Assembly (NCBI GenBank): GCA_937128055.1
Contig: CAKZMC010000160.1
Span: 1-53,987 of the forward strand
DNA from: an uncultured Actinomycetes bacterium
Lineage (GTDB): Bacteria; Actinomycetota; Geothermincolia; Geothermincolales; RBG-13-55-18
DNA: 53,987 nucleotides
Direction of reading: 5' to 3'
Below, piece by piece: positions 10,350 through 19,339 of the stretch (within the stretch, counting starts at the first letter, position 1; every line of letters begins with the position of its first letter). Position numbers and translations under genes: made by a program. Under the pieces are notes generated by a model that was given only the letters and a program-made list of their open reading frames with translations, had not been told where the DNA came from and did no database searches.

Positions 10350-10750
10350 CCTCCCTTAGCCTTCCGCGCTACCGATCCTTCACCGGTCGTAGCGACGGCT
10401 GACCGCAAGCGGGCAGGCCGCAAGCGCATGGTATGACGCATGTCGGGATTTTGGGAAGCGCGCGTGGTACAAACGCGGACCTTCCGCGCCCGCGAGCGCC
10501 CTCCGGAATCCTGGAATATAATACCATGATCTCTCGCGTGCCGGTAGCCTCTCGCCCGGGAACCTCGCCCGCCTTGCGACGGTCAATGCTGCGGCCTCTG
10601 CTCGTGGATATGGTGAAGATACTGCTTCCTGCCCGGCCTCTTGTGCTCGTATGCATTTATCATAAATAATCTATTACATCTTCAGGGCCCATGTAAATGG
10701 ACCGCGGAGCGGTTTTCCCATATATGCGCGGGGAAGTTATAATAGGTTCC

Positions 10751-11884
10751 ATGAGCGAGTTTCATTACATCGGCGAAGAGCCACCCCTGCAAAAAATGCT
10801 CGCTTTCCTCGAGAAGCGCCCCCGCTTTTCGGTGGACCTGGAATCGGACGGCTTTCACCATTACGCGGAGAGGATAGCGCTCCTGCAGATCGCGGCGGGC
10901 GACAGGGTCTTCATCGTCGATCCCCTGCAAGTGGACATCTCCCCGCTCGCCTCCCTCTTCGCGGACGCGTCCAAGGAGAAGGTCTTTCACGACGCGGACT
11001 ACGACGGCAGGATGATCCTCACTTCCCTGAAAGTAAAACCGTACCCGGTGTTCGACACCATGATCGCCGCGCGCGTCCTGGGCAAGCGGAAGGTCGGCCT
11101 CGCCGATCTCCTGGAGGAGTATTTCGGAATCTGCGTGGATAAGGGGCTCCAGAAGGCCGACTGGTCACGTCGTCCCCTGGAGAAGGAGATGCTCGAGTAC
11201 GCCGCCCTCGACGTGGCCTACCTCCTGGCCTTGCGGGACGGCATGCATGAGGAGATGGAGAAGCTGGGACGCCTGGCATGGGCGCGCGAGGAGTTCGAGA
11301 GGCTGGTAAGGGAACTGGAGCCCATTCCGGAGAAGAAAAGCAACCTCGCCAGGGTAAAGGGCGCGCGCAACCTTACGACCAGGCAGCTCGCCGTTCTCGA
11401 GGAACTGCTGGAGTGGAGGGAGGGGGTGGCCAAACGCATGGACCTTCCCCCCTTCAAGGTGGTGGGCACGGAAAGGCTGCTCAGGATGGCGGAAGCCCTT
11501 CCCCGCACCCGCCGCGAGCTCGAGGCTTGCGGGGCGCTCTCCCCGCGCCAGTCCAAGCGCTTCGGGGAGGAGTTGGCGCGGGTCGTGCACCGTGGCTTGG
11601 GCCGAGCGAAAGCGAGCTTGCCGCAGTTACCGTCTCCCGCGAGGGTCCCGAGGGACCTCGAGGCGGAGAACCTGCTCAGAAGATTCAAGGAGGTCCGGGA
11701 CCTAAAGGCCGTGGAACTGGGCGTAGATCCCGGTTTTCTCCTGCCCAACGCGTCCCTGAAGGGGCTGGCCAGGCTGAAACCGCGTGGCCTGGAGGACATC
11801 CGCAAGAGCGGCTTGCTCAAGCAGTGGCAGTTGCATGCGGTGGGAAAAGCCCTGGCGAAAGGCCTTTCCTCCGGCCGTGCGTGA
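10751..11884 (+). CDS. rnd: ribonuclease D (DEDDy exonuclease + HRDC)
   Basis: VDLESD, KVFHDADYD, FDTMIAA, QKADWSRRPL and YAALDV motifs, followed by HRDC domain(s). Confidence 0.88.
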   Translation: MSEFHYIGEEPPLQKMLAFLEKRPRFSVDLESDGFHHYAERIALLQIAAGDRVFIVDPLQVDISPLASLFADASKEKVFHDADYDGRMILTSLKVKPYPVFDTMIAARVLGKRKVGLADLLEEYFGICVDKGLQKADWSRRPLEKEMLEYAALDVAYLLALRDGMHEEMEKLGRLAWAREEFERLVRELEPIPEKKSNLARVKGARNLTTRQLAVLEELLEWREGVAKRMDLPPFKVVGTERLLRMAEALPRTRRELEACGALSPRQSKRFGEELARVVHRGLGRAKASLPQLPSPARVPRDLEAENLLRRFKEVRDLKAVELGVDPGFLLPNASLKGLARLKPRGLEDIRKSGLLKQWQLHAVGKALAKGLSSGRA

Positions 11885-11929
11885 TCTCCGCAGGTACCCA
11901 CCCGTCAAGAGCCCGGATTTTACCGCTGC

Positions 11930-12853
11930 TTATTCGAACTTGGCGCCGCACCGGCGGCAGTACATGGCTTTCTCGTCACCGCGGGGGTGACCGCATTTCC
12001 GGCAAAACGCCTGTGTTGAGGGCTCCTCCGGGGGAGGTGGCGGCGCGGGAGGAGGCGGGACGTATGCCTCCTGCAGGGGTGGAAACGCGGGGGTCTCCGC
12101 AGGCGGGGGTGTTCCAGGCAGCGGAGGCGCGCCCACCGTGGCCGGCACAGCTTCCCTCGTCTTGCGCGTGGAGGCGAAGAGGAAGAGGAGCAGGCCGATG
12201 GCTGTCAGGAGGGAGAAAACGATGGTGAAGAGCGACTTGTGCCGGTAGAGGAATCCCCCGCCCGCGGGGGTGATCTCCGGCAGGTCATACCTCACCGCGC
12301 CCGTCTCCTCGTCCCATTCCGCGTTGCGCGCTCCTTCCGGCAGGAGGATGGTCACCTTCTCCTCGAGGGGCATCTCCTCGAAGAGGGTGAACTCGTTGTT
12401 GAGGGTCCAGGAGGCCTTGAGGACCATGCGCTCGCCTCCCTCGTCAACCACCTGGTATCCCGCGTATCCGAAGAGATGCCACCCGTCGTCAAGCAGGTAG
12501 GCCAGCCCCGGTGCATCGAAGGATACGGTGACGGTGGCCTTGCTGTGGCTTATCTTCACGGAGAAGTTCTCTATCTCCCCCAGGTTGGTGTCCGCGCGGA
12601 AACGGCGGGAGAGGAGATTGGGATTTTCCTCGAAAAGATATCCGTACGTGGAGAACCAGTCGGGGTCGTAGCTTATGGTGTCCGTGATGCTGGCGTCACC
12701 CAGCCCATTGAGCTCGATGCGGTAATCCTCGCTCAGGGAATAGGGCTCCCCCTCGCCGATTTCCTGGGCGAGGGGCGCTTCCGCCAGCGGGAGGACGAGC
12801 AGGGCGGCGAGCAGCACCAGGAGCAGACCCTTGCAGAGCTTTCCGCTCACCAT
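11930..12853 (-). CDS. exported single-pass membrane protein with Pro-rich linker and C-terminal zinc ribbon
   Basis: Signal peptide, beta-rich extracellular part, TM helix, poly-Pro stretch, CRKCG...CRRCG. Confidence 0.75.
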   Translation of the reverse strand: MVSGKLCKGLLLVLLAALLVLPLAEAPLAQEIGEGEPYSLSEDYRIELNGLGDASITDTISYDPDWFSTYGYLFEENPNLLSRRFRADTNLGEIENFSVKISHSKATVTVSFDAPGLAYLLDDGWHLFGYAGYQVVDEGGERMVLKASWTLNNEFTLFEEMPLEEKVTILLPEGARNAEWDEETGAVRYDLPEITPAGGGFLYRHKSLFTIVFSLLTAIGLLLFLFASTRKTREAVPATVGAPPLPGTPPPAETPAFPPLQEAYVPPPPAPPPPPEEPSTQAFCRKCGHPRGDEKAMYCRRCGAKFE

Positions 12854-13947
12854 ATGGGCATCACCCCCTGCTCCCAGCTCTTTTCGATATCGATGAGTAT
12901 GTAGGAGCCTTCCTCCATGGCGGCCTTTATCTGCCGTGCGGCGATGTCCATGCATTCCAGCGCGGTGACCTCGGGGCTGGTCTCCCCGGGGTAGTGGGAG
13001 AGTACGTAATCGCGGTCGATGAAGGTGGACTCTATGGCGTAGAGCTCGCCGCTCTGGGGAAGCTGGATTACCGGTATGGCGTGCCCCGGTATGAGGGCCA
13101 CGTAGGAGCGTATGCCCACCGCCTCCATGAGGGCGGCCATGCATATGGCAAGGTCAAGGCAGGTTCCGGAAGCCCTGAGGATGGTCTCGTGCGGGTACTG
13201 CACGTACTGCGCCTGATTTTCCGTCCAGAAACCTGAGGGCTCCATGATATAGCGCACGCCGTACTGGCGCAGGATATCGAAGGAGCGCAGGAAAGCCGTA
13301 TAGGCGTCCTGGTCGCTGATCACCGTCTCCAGCCCGCCGGAGATCTGGTTGGCCATGCTCTTGACCGTTTCCTCGTTGGGGGTCACGAAGGCGGCCAGCA
13401 GGGGGTAATTGTCGAAGGCGTCGCTGAAGGTGAATATGTCGTCCTCCTCAAGGGAAGTGAAGGTGAAGTCGTTCTTGCCCAGCAGGTAGATCTTCTCCGT
13501 GTCCTCCACGGGGGAGTCGAGGCCGTCGTGCTCGTATCTCATCTTGAGCTCCACGGGCGTCTTGGTGGAGATCTCCTTCACCTTGGCATCGTCGAGGTTG
13601 GGCCAGCAGTAATCGCGCACCGTCTGGCCGGGGAGGATGAGGGGGTAGACCTCCGTGGAGGTCCAGTCCGTGTAGCCCTCGATCTTGTAGGCGATGCGGA
13701 AATCGCGCGCCGGCACGTCGCCCACGTTCCTGATGATGGTCTTGGCCACCCACATGCCCTGCTGGTCGTCACCATAGACCTTGTACGCGCAGGTCATGAT
13801 CTCCTCGCGCGTGTGAAGCTTGATTTCGAGGCGCGGCTCTCCCTGCGAGGGTTTTTCGGCGCCGACGGTCACCACCAGGCCGAAGACCGATCCCAGGAGA
13901 AGCGCCGCCGCCGCCAGGGAAAGGAACACCTTAAGGCCCTTGCTCAA
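12847..13947 (-). CDS. exported transglutaminase-like (Cys-His-acid) domain protein
   Basis: Signal or anchor helix; GTCLDLA...GHAIPV...IEST triad pattern. Confidence 0.7.
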   Translation of the reverse strand: MSKGLKVFLSLAAAALLLGSVFGLVVTVGAEKPSQGEPRLEIKLHTREEIMTCAYKVYGDDQQGMWVAKTIIRNVGDVPARDFRIAYKIEGYTDWTSTEVYPLILPGQTVRDYCWPNLDDAKVKEISTKTPVELKMRYEHDGLDSPVEDTEKIYLLGKNDFTFTSLEEDDIFTFSDAFDNYPLLAAFVTPNEETVKSMANQISGGLETVISDQDAYTAFLRSFDILRQYGVRYIMEPSGFWTENQAQYVQYPHETILRASGTCLDLAICMAALMEAVGIRSYVALIPGHAIPVIQLPQSGELYAIESTFIDRDYVLSHYPGETSPEVTALECMDIAARQIKAAMEEGSYILIDIEKSWEQGVMPIW

Positions 13948-14152
13948 GTTCTCTCACCTCTTTCGTGCCGACAAGCAACCCCGACGTTGCGGCCCTTTCC
14001 CTGCACGCCTCGCCGACGTCGCGGACGCCGCTTTTACGGCTATAATATACTCTCCGGGGGGGAAATGAAAATGAGGAATGCCGCCGCCGCGTGCGGGCGC
14101 CGTTACCGTGGCATTTCGGTCCCGTGACGGCCATGTGATAAAATGCTTATCC

Positions 14153-15223
14153 ATGGAGCTCAAGGGACTGATCCTTTCCGGTGGCGAGGGGACGCGGCTG
14201 CGTCCCATAACCCACACCAGGGCCAAGCAGCTGGTGCCGGTGGCCAATAAGCCCATACTCTTCTACGGGCTGGAGGCCTTGCGGGAAGCCGGGATAGAGG
14301 AAATCGGCATCATCGTTGGCGATACCGAGGAAGAGATACGCGAGGCGGTCGGGGACGGATCACAGTGGGGGGTCAAGGTCACCTATATCAGGCAGGAGGC
14401 ACCCCTCGGCCTCGCCCACGCCGTGCTGACCGCGGCCGATTTCCTCGGGGAAACCCCCTTCGTCATGTACCTGGGAGACAACCTCATCAAGGAGGGCATA
14501 GTCGGTTTCGTGGACGAGTTCCGCGGCAAGCAGGTGGACGCACTCATCCTGCTTGCGCACGTCGCGGAGCCGCAGCGCTTCGGGGTGGCCCGCCTGGATG
14601 GGGACAAGGTGGTGGGGCTGGTCGAAAAGCCCAAGGACCCGCCGAGCGACCTCGCCCTGGTGGGCGCCTATATGTTCCGCCCGGTGATCCTGGAGGCCTC
14701 CCGGGCCATCAAGCCCTCCTGGAGGAATGAGTTGGAGATCACCGACGCCATACAACACCTTATCGACGAGGGATACCACGTGGAGGCGCACGTCATCCGG
14801 GGATGGTGGAAGGACACCGGCCACCTGGAGGATCTCCTGGAGGCCAACTGCATGGTCCTGGAGGACCTGGAGCCGCTCTGCGCGGGCACGGTGGACGAGG
14901 AGTCCCGCATCCTCGGCAGGGTGGTAGTGGAGGAAGGGGCGGAGGTGATCCGTTCCACGCTGCGGGGACCATCCATGGTGGGGAAAGGCTCGCGCATCGT
15001 CGATTCCTACGTCGGGCCCTTCACCTCGATATATTACGGCGTGACGGTGGAGGGCAGCGAGCTGGAACATTCCATCGTCATGGAGAACAGCACCATCCGG
15101 AACATCCCTGGCAGGATCGAGGACAGCCTCATCGGTAAGAACGTGGAGATCGCCCGGTCTTTCGACCGCCCCAAGACCTTCCGTTTCATGCTTGGGGACA
15201 ATTCCAGGGTCGGCCTGATCTAA
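14153..15223 (+). CDS. rmlA: glucose-1-phosphate thymidylyltransferase (long form)
   Basis: LSGGEGTRLRPIT, KQLVPVANKP, LGDN, EKP and ELEITDA motifs; C-terminal hexapeptide repeats. Confidence 0.93.
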   Translation: MELKGLILSGGEGTRLRPITHTRAKQLVPVANKPILFYGLEALREAGIEEIGIIVGDTEEEIREAVGDGSQWGVKVTYIRQEAPLGLAHAVLTAADFLGETPFVMYLGDNLIKEGIVGFVDEFRGKQVDALILLAHVAEPQRFGVARLDGDKVVGLVEKPKDPPSDLALVGAYMFRPVILEASRAIKPSWRNELEITDAIQHLIDEGYHVEAHVIRGWWKDTGHLEDLLEANCMVLEDLEPLCAGTVDEESRILGRVVVEEGAEVIRSTLRGPSMVGKGSRIVDSYVGPFTSIYYGVTVEGSELEHSIVMENSTIRNIPGRIEDSLIGKNVEIARSFDRPKTFRFMLGDNSRVGLI

Positions 15224-15235
15224 GGGGGGGCGGCG

Positions 15236-15676
15236 TTGATACCGGGAGTAGTCGCTCGCGAACTCGCCACCGCCCTGGGATCCGGCGGTTACACGGTGGA
15301 CCTCTGGGGCGGTGATATCTGCCCCGCGCCGCGCGGCAGCGCCGCACTGCACCATCTCTTCCCGGGCAGGGTGGAAGCCTGGTTCCGGAGAAGGGAGGCG
15401 GCGGAGAGGATAATCTGCCTGCAGGGGATGATCAAGCTGGTGCTCTGCGATCGCAGGAAGGGTTCCGAGGGCCGCGGCGAGGTGGCGGAACTGTTCCTGG
15501 GAGAATACCGCTTTCGCGAGGTGACCGTCCCGCCAGGCATCTTGCGCGGATGGAAGGCGGTGGGAAGCCGCCCCGCTCTGGTGCTCCTGGCCGTGGAGGG
15601 GGAAGCCGGGGACCTGGAATGCGTGGGCCAGGAGGAGGCGGCGGTTCCCTACGACTGGGAAATAGTGATGCGCTGA
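15236..15676 (+). CDS. RmlC-like cupin with degenerate active site
   Basis: Lies between rmlA and rmlB. GMIKLVLCDRR, VPPG and PYDW match the short RmlC type, but the catalytic His positions are replaced. Confidence 0.7.
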   Translation: MIPGVVARELATALGSGGYTVDLWGGDICPAPRGSAALHHLFPGRVEAWFRRREAAERIICLQGMIKLVLCDRRKGSEGRGEVAELFLGEYRFREVTVPPGILRGWKAVGSRPALVLLAVEGEAGDLECVGQEEAAVPYDWEIVMR

Positions 15677-15704
15677 GGGAATGGCGGGAGAGGTGGTGCG
15701 AGGG

Positions 15705-16703
15705 ATGCGCCTGCTGGTCACCGGCGGATGCGGGTTCATAGGCAGCAACTTCGTCCGACACGTCCTCCGCGAGCATGCGGAGGACGAGGTGCTCAACCTG
15801 GACAAGCTCACCTACGCCGGCAACCCCGAGAACCTGCGCGAGGTGGAGGGCGACCCGCGTTACCGGTTCCAGCGGGGCGACATATGCGAGGAGGAGGACG
15901 TGGCGCAGGCCTTCGCCTGGGAGCCGGAGGCGGTGCTCAACTTCGCCGCGGAGACCCACGTCGACCGCTCCATCGCCTCCCCCGAGGCCTTCGTGCGCAC
16001 CGACGTGCTGGGAACCTTCCGTCTGCTGCGCGCGGCGCAGGAGAGGGGCGTACGCTACGTGCAGATCAGCACCGACGAGGTATACGGGAGCATACCGGAA
16101 GGCTCCTTCCGTGAGGACAGCCCCCTGCAGCCCAACAGCCCCTACGCCGCGTCCAAGGCGGGCGCGGACCTCCTGGTCCGCTCCTACGTCATGACCTATG
16201 GCCTGGACGCCGTCATCGTGCGCAGCTCCAACAACTACGGCCCCTACCAGTATCCGGAGAAGGTCATCCCCCTCTTCGTCACCAACCTCCTCGAGGGGAG
16301 GAAGGTCCCCCTCTACGGCGAAGGGAAGAACGTGAGGGACTGGCTTTTCGTGGAGGACAACTGCCGCGCCATCGACCTGGTGCTCAGGCGCGGCGAGACC
16401 GGGGAGATCTACAACGTGGGAGGCGGGCAGGAGAAGAGCAACCTCGCGCTGACGCGCTCCATCCTGGAGATCATGGGGATGGGCGAGGAATGCATACAGT
16501 ACGTGCCCGACAGACCCGGGCACGACCTGAGGTATTCCGTGGACTGTTCCAAGATCCGTTCCCTGGGCTGGCGGCCATTCACGGATTTCGAGGGCGGGCT
16601 GCGGGAGACGGTGCGCTGGTACCGGGAGAACGAGGACTGGTGGCGCCCCATAAAGAACGGCGAGTTCCGCCGCTATTACCTCGAGCGCTACGGCGACATA
16701 TGA
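15705..16703 (+). CDS. rmlB: dTDP-glucose 4,6-dehydratase
   Basis: GGCGFIGSNF, DKLTYAGN, AAETHVDRS, STDEVYG and YAASK motifs. Alternative start at 15681. Confidence 0.95.
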   Translation: MRLLVTGGCGFIGSNFVRHVLREHAEDEVLNLDKLTYAGNPENLREVEGDPRYRFQRGDICEEEDVAQAFAWEPEAVLNFAAETHVDRSIASPEAFVRTDVLGTFRLLRAAQERGVRYVQISTDEVYGSIPEGSFREDSPLQPNSPYAASKAGADLLVRSYVMTYGLDAVIVRSSNNYGPYQYPEKVIPLFVTNLLEGRKVPLYGEGKNVRDWLFVEDNCRAIDLVLRRGETGEIYNVGGGQEKSNLALTRSILEIMGMGEECIQYVPDRPGHDLRYSVDCSKIRSLGWRPFTDFEGGLRETVRWYRENEDWWRPIKNGEFRRYYLERYGDI

Positions 16704-16924
16704 TGCCGTGGATAGGGTGGCGGGGATTCGCGGAGGCCGCCTTGCGGGAGCGAATGGGATGGGCGGAAAGTGCCGATGAACGCATCAGCGGCTGTCGATG
16801 CCGGCAGGGGTTGCGGTGACATGGCCGGCGCGGACCCCCTTGGATCTCTTTTGCGCGCAGGAGTTACAGTGATGCAGGAGATCCCGCGGCGGGATGGCGG
16901 GAGAAATATGCGGGAGGAGGAGCG

Positions 16925-17611
16925 GTGAAGCTCTCGGTCATCATCCCCGTGTACAACGAGCGCAACACCATCAAGGAGATCCTGCGGCGCGTGCGCCAGG
17001 TGGACCTGGGAGACCTGGACGTGGAGATTGTGGTGGTGGACGACGGGTCCACCGACGGGACGCGCGACATCCTGGCCATGGAGGAAAACTCGGCAACCCG
17101 GGTCATCTACCAGCCGAAGAACCGGGGCAAGGGAGCCGCCGTGCGCGCCGGCCTGGCCGCCACCACCGGCGACCTCATCATCATCCAGGACGCGGACCTG
17201 GAGTACGACCCCGAGGATTACCCCAAGATGCTGGAACCCATATTGAAGGGGAAGGCGGAGGTGGTGTACGGGTCCCGTTTCACCGGCCCGCGCCGGAACA
17301 TGCTCTTCTGGCATTACGTGGGCAACCGCTTCCTGGCACTGGTGACCAACGTCCTCTACAACACCACCCTCTCGGACATGGAGACGTGCTACAAGCTCTT
17401 CACCCGGCGTGCGCTGGAGGGCATAGTGCTGCGTTCCAACCGCTTCGACATAGAGCCCGAGATCACCGCCAAGATACTCAAGAAGAAGATAAGGATCTAC
17501 GAGGTACCCATCTCCTACACGGGGCGGGAGATCGAGGAGGGGAAGAAGATCTCCTGGAGGGACGGCCTGCCGGCCCTGTGGACCCTCATCAAGTACCGCT
17601 TCGTGGACTGA
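16925..17611 (+). CDS. GT2 glycosyltransferase (polyprenol-phosphate glycosyltransferase-like)
   Basis: IIPVYNE, DDGSTDGT, NRGKG, QDADLEYDP and DMETCYK motifs. Confidence 0.92.
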   Translation: MKLSVIIPVYNERNTIKEILRRVRQVDLGDLDVEIVVVDDGSTDGTRDILAMEENSATRVIYQPKNRGKGAAVRAGLAATTGDLIIIQDADLEYDPEDYPKMLEPILKGKAEVVYGSRFTGPRRNMLFWHYVGNRFLALVTNVLYNTTLSDMETCYKLFTRRALEGIVLRSNRFDIEPEITAKILKKKIRIYEVPISYTGREIEEGKKISWRDGLPALWTLIKYRFVD

Positions 17612-17839
17612 TCGCCTCCCTCTCGCGCGGCGAGCCCCCAACGCGTGCGCGCCTCTTCGCGAGAAAGCGCTGGCGGGCGCGCGGTTGGCGGGAATCGCCC
17701 GTCTCTCTCGGATGAGCGTGAAGGGTGCAGGGCTGCAGCACGACGCGGCGCCGCTTACACCCCAGCGCCGGTTACGGAGGCTTACGGGAGAGGGGCGCCG
17801 CCCGGCGCCCCTCCGCTGCGCCCAGCCCTATCGCTTAGC

Positions 17840-18124
17840 CTACTTCAAGTTCTCGATGAAGGTGTCGACGTCGATGGCCGGCAGGGTCATGATGCGCACG
17901 GTCCCGCGCGACGCCAGTTGCACGGAGATGCGGCCAATAGTCTCGTTGTTCGGCGCCTCCACGATGTTGATGAAATCATACTGCCCCAGCACCACGTACT
18001 GCGAGATCACCTTGCCGCCCATCGCCTCGACGTCCTTGTTCACTTCCTTGATGCGATCGGGGTTCTTGGTCAGGGTCGCACATCCCTCGTCCGTCAGACG
18101 GCTGATGAGGATGTAGGTCGCCAT
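17840..18124 (-). CDS. GYD-domain protein
   Basis: 94 aa with LGQYD motif and the typical N-terminus ATYILISRLTDEG. Confidence 0.85.
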   Translation of the reverse strand: MATYILISRLTDEGCATLTKNPDRIKEVNKDVEAMGGKVISQYVVLGQYDFINIVEAPNNETIGRISVQLASRGTVRIMTLPAIDVDTFIENLK

Positions 18125-18427
18125 AAGCCTTCCTCCTTTCCTTGACTATCCATCCGCCGATGCAACTATCTTAAGTATCTACCCCCTTGGCCACCGGGAT
18201 AAACGCGCGCGGGCGGTGCCGCCGCCGCGCGCGGCAATGATGCCCGCCGGGCGCAGGGAGGATGGCAGCGGGTAATATATGGGCATGCGATGTGATACGG
18301 TAATGGTCTTCTTGGCGGAGGACGGGGCTGGGTTGCGGGCGGGATGCCGGCCGCTTTCCGGGCCCGGGAAGGGTGTTACCCTCCCCGCCTGGAAATGATT
18401 GCATGGTGAGAACGAGGAGGAAAGACC

Positions 18428-19279
18428 ATGGCCTCGATCCCGCGTTGCAGGCTGGTGGTTGTCTACCACCCCGAGTTCGCCACCCGCGGCTATCCCGCCT
18501 TGCGGGAAAGGGTGGCGCCGGCATTCGATGAGCTGCGCTCCAGGGGTTTGCTGGGGCGGGAGGGGGTAAGGCTCGTGGAGGCAGAGCCGGCGCAGGAGCG
18601 CCTGGCCGCGAGGGTCCATAGCGAGCTGCACATCCAGGGCGTCAGAAACAGCGGCTATTACGAGATCGCCCTGCTCTCGGCGGGGGCGGTGATCATGGGC
18701 GCCAGGGAAGTGGCCGAGGAGAGGGCGGACGCCGCCTTCTCTTTCGTGGGCGCCGCCGGGCACCACGCCAGCCACGACGGTTTCTGGGGCTTCTGTTACC
18801 TGAACGACGTGGCCATGGCCGTGACCTCGCTGCGCGAGGAGGTGGGAACCAGGCGCATGGCCATCATCGATATCGACCCCCATTTCGGGGACGGCACGCG
18901 GGATATCCTGGGAGGGGATCCCGAGATACTGCACGTGAACTTCCATTCCGGCTACCTGATGAAGGAGGCCCGGGGACCCCACAACCTGGACCTCGCCCTG
19001 CCCCACAACGCCGGCGACGTGCAGTTCCTGCGCGCGGTGGACCAAGCCCTGCTGGCGGCGGAGGACTTCGGGCCCGAGCTCCTCTTCATCGTCTTCGGGC
19101 ACGACAGCCACCGCGAGGATTACGGAGCCTTCGAGTTGAGCGACGAGGCGTACCGCGAGTTCGCGGTGAAGGTAAGGGAAGTTTTTCCATATCGCGTGTG
19201 TTACGTGCTCTCGGGAGGCGCGCGCCCCATGGTGGCTCGCAAGGCCATCGGGGACGTGGTGGAGGTGCTGGCGGGCTGA
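18428..19279 (+). CDS. histone deacetylase-superfamily amidohydrolase
   Basis: GHHA, GFCYLND, DIDPHFGDG and GHDSH motifs. Confidence 0.85.
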   Translation: MASIPRCRLVVVYHPEFATRGYPALRERVAPAFDELRSRGLLGREGVRLVEAEPAQERLAARVHSELHIQGVRNSGYYEIALLSAGAVIMGAREVAEERADAAFSFVGAAGHHASHDGFWGFCYLNDVAMAVTSLREEVGTRRMAIIDIDPHFGDGTRDILGGDPEILHVNFHSGYLMKEARGPHNLDLALPHNAGDVQFLRAVDQALLAAEDFGPELLFIVFGHDSHREDYGAFELSDEAYREFAVKVREVFPYRVCYVLSGGARPMVARKAIGDVVEVLAG

Positions 19280-19339
19280 GCCGTCTCCGCGGTTTCGGAG
19301 AGGGCTCAGGAGTCACGGCAGAAAGGCGGAAGGCAGCGA

